Assembly: GCA_964016885.1 (NCBI GenBank)
Contig: CAXHJY010000162.1
Location: 865 to 64,864, forward strand
Reading direction: 5' to 3'
Length of the DNA stretch: 64,000 nt
Origin: Eledone cirrhosa
Taxonomy: Eukaryota
Shown: positions 56,010 to 64,000 of the stretch, piece by piece
How the letters are laid out: each line of letters starts with the position of its first letter
Numbering within the stretch: the first letter of the stretch is position 1
Translations under genes and position numbers: made by a program
The notes under the pieces: generated by a model
What the model saw: the letters and a program-made list of their open reading frames with translations, nothing else
What the model was told of the DNA's origin: nothing
Databases searched by the model: none

Positions 56010-58366
56010 TGCAGTGAGACTCGCTTCCCTTGTTATGACGTCAAGTCAAAGCATTGCCTGCTAAGGCACAGTTGGACTGCAGCCTCCGAACTGATAACAA
56101 CTTCCTAGGGACCCCAATCAAAGGGCCTAGAGATGGACATGCATTCCGATCCTTTCTTACTGCTGTTTGCTAACACATAACTCCAGGTATGAACTAACAT
56201 TTATGCACACACCACTCCATCAATAAAACATTTGTTACGTTGATAAGCTCTGTTGATTTTACTCTGATATCAATACATACACTACCAATAACTTCCAGTG
56301 AATTCAATGGAGTTATAACATATTAAAAATAGAAGATATCCCCATCGGACATTGACTAGCTATCCTTCGATACCAGTTGACCATGTACCCGGTCTAAAGT
56401 GGTGAACTCCGACGATAAATCAAGAAAACGGAGTCTATTTAATTTCGCCATTCGCTTTAATGGTGACATCGAATGACTTATTAAACTGTTGGTTCGCGCA
56501 GACAGATGAAACGAACACACAGACACACGTTGAACTTTTCGTTTGGACAAACTTTTTCTCACCTACATGACGCTATTTCGGACAACAACAATAAAAAAAT
56601 TCCTCTAACAACATTCGACATGGATTTTTCCTCCGACACTGTCTACAACGAAAAATAGAAGTAATTTTTTTCTCAGCAACAAACAAACAAGAAAAAATTT
56701 GACTCTTCACCTCACGTGTTTACATCGTTTAAATGTGTTTCACTCACTGGATATATCCTTCGTTCTTCTCACAACGAACACTCAAAAAAGACTTGGACTC
56801 CTGTATTCTTATATTCAACATGTCAATTTTGATGAACATCACAGCTCGCTTACTCATTCAACTAAGCCTTTTCGCTACTTTTTCATCACTTTCACAAAAA
56901 AAAATTGAACCCTCGCAATATTTTTTATACAAAGTGAATAAAGCCTTTCCTTCTTTTTCATCATATTGTCACGTTCACACACAAATTTTTCAAAATGGCT
57001 GCCAACGACATGTTCCACTATCATTTTCTCGCGCAAAAGAAATATATTTTTTATTCAACTTGACTTTAACCTTGTTTCGGCACGTGTGTGGGAGCACACA
57101 TATCGACTCACTGAGATAACACACGCCATAGATAATGTTTCTTGCCAAAGATTATCCAGCCTGAAGCTATATTCTCCTATTTGCCGGTTTAAGAATTTAC
57201 CACGTAAATTTGCCGTTGAAAACTGCGCATTTATTCAGAATGCTCGTTTCGATGGTCGCTGGCCTCTTGACTCATCCAGGTCAACGCGTTCTCAACATCG
57301 ACCATCAACTTTGGCTGTTATTTCTAGCACTTTGCGCAACTCATTTTTTCTGGGAAACTTTTTACTGTGAATTGAAACAACTTCGAAAGGGCTATCTCAC
57401 TCCGTGAGACAACAACATCAACAACAACAACAACAGCTTCATCCGTGGTCTACCAACAAATAAAACTACTAGAACCGACTAGAGAATTTATTTTTGCAGT
57501 TCTCTTCCTGTGAGAAATTTCCCACCAGCCTTCGGAGGTTGGGAATTTTACGTTTGAACACAGAACAGAAAATAACTGCATACATTCTCTCTGGGGGTTC
57601 ATTTTTCGGCCCTGTTCTTCTGCCGCAATTTGTGTTTATATACCTGTGAACTTTATTTTGAACATTTGAACTTTGTTTATAATTATGTTCGAGTACGTTT
57701 CTTTGCTCCTTTGACCTCTTCTTTTAAGTTGCTTACATTGTATCTTTGTGTGATGGATAGATAGATGTCCAGTCGTTCTCTGGCCAAGAGCGGTTGGCTA
57801 CCTTGATATCTATCATTAATTTTTGCATGCTTATATTTTGCTGTTTGCTTTTGTTGCAAACATTATTTTTTTTTGATAACTTTCATACCTGGTTTTTCGT
57901 GTGACTTGCTCGCCATATCACTGCATGCATCGTCCGTTGTATCGATTTTTTCTTCGTAAAAATCTGGCGGGAGATAATGTAGTGAGAGTCGCCTCCCTTG
58001 TTATGACGGCAAGTCAAAGCATTGCCTGCTAAGGCACAGTTGGACTGCAGCCTCCGAACTGATAACAGCTTCCTAGGGACCCCCATCAAAGGGCCTAGAG
58101 ATGGACATGCATTCCGATCCTTTCTTACTGCTGTTTGCTAACATATAACTCCAGGTATGAACTAACATTTATGCACACACCACTCCATCAATAAAACATT
58201 TGTTACGTTGATAAGCTCTGTTGATTTTACTCTGATATCAATGCATACACTACCAATAACTTCCAGTGAATTCAATGGAGTCATAACATATTAAAAATAG
58301 AAGATATTCCCATCGGACATTGACTAGCTATCCTTCGATACCAGTTGACCATATACCCGGTCTAAA
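56010..58366 (+). mobile_element. Complete non-autonomous LTR retroelement (Gypsy-type termini)
   Basis: 389-bp LTRs at 56010-56398 and 57978-58366. 4-bp TSD AGGT. PBS-like TGGTGAACTCCGACG resembling the tRNA-Trp complement, and purine-rich GGCGGGAGATAA before the 3' LTR. No recognisable gag/pol. Confidence 0.88.
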
Positions 58367-58934
58367 AGGTTATTTTAACGTGCAATTGAACCTTGCTTAG
58401 TCAGTTCTAAATCTAATTTTCTGCAGTAAGTTTACATTTTCTGTCAAATACTACATATGTTTACACAGTAAAGATTTTAAACATTCATAAAATGTTAAAA
58501 ATAGCCATTACATTACAAATCATCGGAGAATATCAAACACTGAATCTTGGCACCTGCTTCAGAGTTTTGTGCAGTTCAAAACTTACCTTAAAATAAGACT
58601 ATGCCCTAGATTCAGTGTCTCCCACCTCTTCTAGAGTCTAAAAGGGATGGGAGACAGTGAAACGTTAATATTGAATCAACAGGGGCCTATTAGCTAGTTT
58701 TTGTTAGATTGATAGCCAGCTAAGAAGATATCAGTTCGTACCGAATATTTGAACGTAACAGAAAACATTAGAACACGAAAAAAATTAAAACTTCAGATTT
58801 GTTTTTGTTTGTTTTTTATAAAATTTTTTACATTTGACTAAGTATAATATTTTAATCACAACTGTATAAATAATATTACAAATCTATCTATATTATAAAA
58901 GAAGAGCTGTTTCTCCGCCTCTCTGTCCTTTACA

Positions 58935-58974
<40 letters not shown>

Positions 58975-59153
58975 CTCCGGTGGCTGATAGCTTAATGACC
59001 GCTATTTTCAGTTAGTTGGCCTCTATAACGTATGTTAATTGCTCTGCTCTTCTTTTAGTTCATTGAGCGCTTGCCGCATATCTCGAAAATTGCGTTTCGC
59101 TTTGTTTTTGATCTCAGCCGAAATACGATCTCGCTGAAATTATATTTATATAT

Positions 59154-59229
<76 letters not shown>

Positions 59230-59231
<2 letters not shown>

Positions 59232-59413
59232 ATTGTTTATACTTTTTGGCACAAGGCCAGCAATTATTCCAGTGCATTACTGGTACTTTATTTTATCGAC
59301 CCCGTAAGGATGAAAGGCAAAGTTAACCTCGGCGGGATTTGAACTCAGTCCGTAAAGGGAAGTAACTCTTTGCTGAAAAGCATGGCATCCGACCCTCTAC
59401 CGATACTGCCGAT
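59230..59413 (-). mobile_element. tRNA-derived SINE (main family)
   Basis: Same sequence as 45558-45740. Confidence 0.9.
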
Positions 59414-59545
59414 ACTATTTATAGTTATGTATATACTATAAACAACTATAAACAGGAAAGGTCAGTAATTTATTACTACCTTATAACCAGTAAGAGAAAT
59501 AGTTCAATGTAAGAACATCAGTTGTTTTACAGAGCAGGAATATAA

Positions 59546-62370
59546 ATTACACAATTATCAAAGTTATGTTCAAATCATTTTATTGCTGACAATCGTTTCT
59601 ATATCTACTAAATGAAATTCATAAGAACCTACCCTACCTCAATGGTGGTTTATACCGCGATGATGCACTACTCCTTATAGACTATACAGAATTTAATATA
59701 GAAAGAACTAGGAAACAATTACATAAAATTTTCAAAAACTTCAACTTAAGTATCACCTTAGATAAAAACACTAAAAACGTTAACTTCCGTGTTGCTACCC
59801 TTTGCCTGGACTCTAAAATATATACACCCTTTCATAAACCAAACGAAAAACTAATTTATGTGGATACCAACTCTAACCATCCTAAATCCATATTAAACTC
59901 AATTACTAAAATAATATCTAATAGAATCTCTAATCTATCATTTAACGAAACCATATTTAACAATAATTCCCAATACTATAATGAGGCCTTAGCTAAATCA
60001 GGCCATAAAAATGAGATTGAATTTCTACCTATAAAATCACATAGTTACAACATTATTTCTCACAATATGGCCACGAGGAAAAATAACAAAAATACTAGCC
60101 ACACTAACTCTAATACGAAGGGTAATATCAAACTTAACTCGCACTAAAATAAACACCACAATAATAATATAAACAGAAATACAAATACCTAAAAAAAACA
60201 TTACAAAAAACAAAAATAGAAGAACTAATACATTCTTCAATCCCCCTTTCAATCTAAACGTCTCTACCAACTTGCCTAAGGCTTTCTTCTCAATCCTAGA
60301 AAAAAAATTCCCAACCGGCCACAAATACCATAATCTTATCAATAAAAATACCATTAAAATCTCTTACTCTACCACACCTAATATCGCATACCATATAGCT
60401 AGTAGTAATAAAAGGAAGATTAATAATTATTTCTAACTAATTAAAACAGAACAGGGGGTAAACTTACAGAACATCATAGTACCTGTAAATCCTAGTAGCA
60501 ATAATAATAATGGTAATAGCACTAATGAAATCAATAACGACAACCATCAATACCCTAATGCTAGCCCTAACAACCAGACTTCTACACAACATAGTAACCG
60601 GCAAGCAAACAACCAGAATAACTGTAACTGTAGAACAAATAGAACTTGCCCCTTAGGTAAAAATTGCTTAATCAAAGACATCATTTATTCATGCATGGTC
60701 AACACAAATAACTCTTCTAAAACATATATTGGCTCAACTTCGAACTGCTTCAAGACGAGATACAACTCGAACCTCCACTATTTCAAAAATCACAATCTAG
60801 CCAACTCCACTTCTTTATCTAGTTACATACACTCTCTGAAAACTAGGAATAGACCATATACACTTCAATGGGAAGTAGTAGGTAGGGGTGCATCGTATAA
60901 ACCACCGAATAAATTGTGTAACCTCTGTCTTCTAGAGACCCGTACTATAATCTTTTCGAAACTAGACCTAAATAGAAAATCAGTTTTCCTCATGCCGACA
61001 CTCGTTCCATACTTTAAACCTAGCTGATAGTATATAACAATGTCAGATTTGAATTCCTCACCACCATTAACACTTCACCGCTAGGACTTATCAGACCCCA
61101 CAGCATCACAATCTTTGGCCAGCTCTTTCCTCTACATAACTCCTATGTATCTCAAACCTTATACAATAACTATTAGAAATAAACATAAAGTTACCACCTT
61201 TTAATATAACTACTATAGCTTACTTATATACAGTAATGGATATATAATATGTAGAGACATTTAATGTAATATGTGATAATAAATTATATATACATTTATA
61301 ATTAAATATATAAATTAATAACATTGTATATAAGGGATTAACTTTTAACATAATATGTATATTAATAACACAAGAGATTTAACTAATTGGACCTGTAAAC
61401 AGCTATACATTTTTCCATAACTTATATCTTGTCCAGTAATTGATAGATAACAATGTAATGAGACCGTTAATGTATTATAGGAAAATAGACAGTATTTAAA
61501 ATTAAATATAAATAAATAAATAAATAAATAACATTATATAGAATAGATTCAAATAATTGATACTTTCCTATATAATTTAATTTAATTAGGTCCCCTTAAT
61601 TTAATTTAATTAGCTCCCCTTAATTTTGGATCTCATACTCACTTCCGGAAATTAAACCGTTAGAAAAACTTGCTGTAGAACAACTCTAATCCATGGATAA
61701 GAATACAATAAGACCAATTTACAATCCATTGCTATAATTAACTAAAAACATTCAATATAAACATTAACTAAAATATAATTTAACATATGTAATGGAAAAG
61801 ATAACAATAACTTTGATACTCTCAACACATACACATTTGAACACTACAGAAACTACCATCACATTACACCCACCATAAATGTTAATACACTAACACCTTT
61901 GCTTGATATGCTTGTATACCTGTATTATTTTATGTGATACCTTTGCCATACAGTATTTATATATGCCTAATACCTTTGCTTGTTTCCTTCATATACAGTA
62001 TATGACTAACGCATGTGCACTCTCTACACGCTTGCATTTATACTGCTAGTGTCCTCATTCTTCCTCAATGCCTCTTTAATTATTAGACTATTCCCTTGTA
62101 TTATCTGTCGCATGTATTCCACTCTGTGCTTTTAATTTTAATTTAAATTATTGTACAATTCTCGTATAATATATGTCGCATCCATTCCACCCTATAAATA
62201 CGAAACTGCTGTTCACAACATCAATATATATGTATCTATATGATTGTTCAGTTGAATAGGAGGTTAATTATATGTACAAACATTGCTAGTGCTCCGATGA
62301 TTCCAAACAAAAGTTTGGAAGAAACGATTGTCAGCAATAAAATGATTTGAAAATAACTTTGATAATTGTG

Positions 62371-62374
<4 letters not shown>
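59546..62374 (+). mobile_element. 5'-truncated Penelope-like retroelement with an inverted terminal segment
   Basis: RT GLYRDD...VNF...PFHKPN...YVDTNSNHP, Cys linker CNCRTNRTCPLGKNCL, and GIY-YIG (DIIYSC...TYIGST...FKTRY...CNLCLLE). Contains frameshifts. 59546-59600 is the reverse complement of 62320-62374. Confidence 0.93.
62290..62336 (+). ncRNA. Type I HHR at the PLE 3' end (core CCGATGA)
   Basis: tgct-CCGATGA-ttccaaac aaaa gtttggaa-GAA-ACGATTGT-C-agca. Confidence 0.75.
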
Positions 62375-62469
<95 letters not shown>

Positions 62470-62617
62470 TGTGGGTGTATGTATTTCGTGTGTGTGTTTC
62501 GGGTGAGTTCCAGCCGTTTCGACAGCTAGATCCGAACAGTTTCATATTACCCACTCTATTAGTATCAAATACTCTGGTGCGTTCTGGTCCGCCTGGTATC
62601 TTACCACATCCTCTTTG

Positions 62618-62719
<102 letters not shown>

Positions 62720-62893
62720 GAATAGAATAGAATTAGGATTTAGCTTCGAGCATAGCTGTATACAGATATGTATTGGAATTTCGTATTTCTAAAGAAATCG
62801 GTATGCTTATAAATAAACATTTAGAAAGCCGTAGCTATGCAAAAACACCGGGACTATCGCCACCTGGTGGTGTCCAGCAGAGGCAAGGAGGAC

Positions 62894-62939
62894 AATCGTC
62901 GATGCATTTCGAACTGAACTGGGTTTCATCAGGATGATC
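62894..62939 (-). ncRNA. Minimal HHR motif
   Basis: gatcatc-CTGATGA-aac ccagttca gtt c-GAA-ATGCAT-C-gacgatt. Confidence 0.55.
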
Positions 62940-63699
62940 CCTCCCGCTTTTGCAACTACTGAACTTGAAAATAGGCGAGAATATATAGTTTTCTCGCCTG
63001 TGTAAATGAGGTGATTAATCTCATAGTCCATAGAAAGAAACAATCCAGTTATCAATAAGAATATTTGGAATTAATGCATGGAAGATTTCACAGCTCTAAC
63101 ATCACTCCTCCATAGTCACCTATGAACTTTTCAACCTACGCTCGAGTTATATATAAGTCAGGCTTCTAAATGTTACTGGTACCAAATGAGACATACAAGA
63201 TGAAATGTATGAGTAACTAAGGAGAAATAACTATTTACAGGGACAAATGTAAGGCTAGGAGCCAAGACTTTGTGATTGGAAAGAGAACGTTTTCTTGTAA
63301 CAACATGATTGAGATTGGAAATGCATTGTGTGTGCCTGTGTGTAAATTTTGAAGAGTTATAGACGAAGTTGTATATAAATATACCTGGGATATTATTATA
63401 GGTCTCAAACAGGCGGGCAGCAAACTACATTTCTATGCCCGCGGCAGAACTATTTTCATGACTGATGTGTTCCTAAAACTTGTTTAATATATTCCTAAAA
63501 CTTGTCTCTGTTTTAATAAAAGTACAATAAAATGTAAAACGGAATTTATTAAAAGTGAAAACGGAAAAAAGTGAATTTACCAAAAATTATAACGTATTCA
63601 AAGAAAATTTGAAATGGGATATTTGTCCCCCTACATTTTGTACTAATTCACATATCCCACTTACGAGCCTCCCAGAAAAAAAAAAGAAGAAAAGCCTCC

Positions 63700-63815
63700 G
63701 AATGGATGAAAGGCAAAGTTGACCTAGGCGGGATTTGAACTCAGAGAGCAGAGAGCCGGGACGAATACCGCAAAGATTCTATCCGACGTTCTAATGACAC
63801 TGCTAATTCGCCCCC
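63700..63815 (-). mobile_element. SINE 5' half
   Basis: GGATGAAAGGCAAAGTTGACC...GGGATTTGAACTCAG...CACTGCTAATTCGCC. Confidence 0.8.
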
Positions 63816-64000
63816 TCCGATCAGATTAGACCAAAGAAATAATGTTTTCATTGTTGTTGATACTACCTGCCAGTCGAAACCCTTTGCAGAAGCTACTTGG
63901 AACAAAAGTATTTTGCCTCAAGAAGACAGACATACAATACACCAATAGAACACAACACGTCCATATGATCGTGAGTCCAACACCCTGAAACACTAGGTCA

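Overview
This is AT-rich animal genomic DNA. The SINE and RTE repertoire resembles octopod cephalopods; that is recall, not a database result. The left ~28.7 kb is the 5' part of a minus-strand SH3PXD2 (Tks4/Tks5)-like PX-domain gene. Two coding exons (28093-28161 and 9983-10063) sit either side of an ~18 kb intron filled with older SINEs, RTE fragments, MITEs and minisatellites. An ~7 kb (TA)nG satellite lies further downstream. The right ~35 kb has no recognisable host gene and is a nest of (TA)n microsatellites carrying mobile elements. These include an RTE LINE with an intact 1041-aa ORF, a twin-primed RTE copy, Helitron and Tc1/mariner remnants, a Tx1-like LINE, a non-autonomous LTR element and a Penelope-like element (PLE). 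The main result is more than 20 type I hammerhead ribozyme (HHR) motifs from about a dozen sequence families. Most lie in fold-back (5'-to-5' inverted) insertions within (TA)n. Three families are ORF-less tandem units of ~430, ~488 and ~548 nt with one HHR per unit, the architecture of non-LTR retrozymes (circular-RNA-derived, PLE-mobilised elements). All ribozyme calls come from manual folding and are not experimentally tested. The long YI/IY ORFs in the supplied track are microsatellite artefacts.
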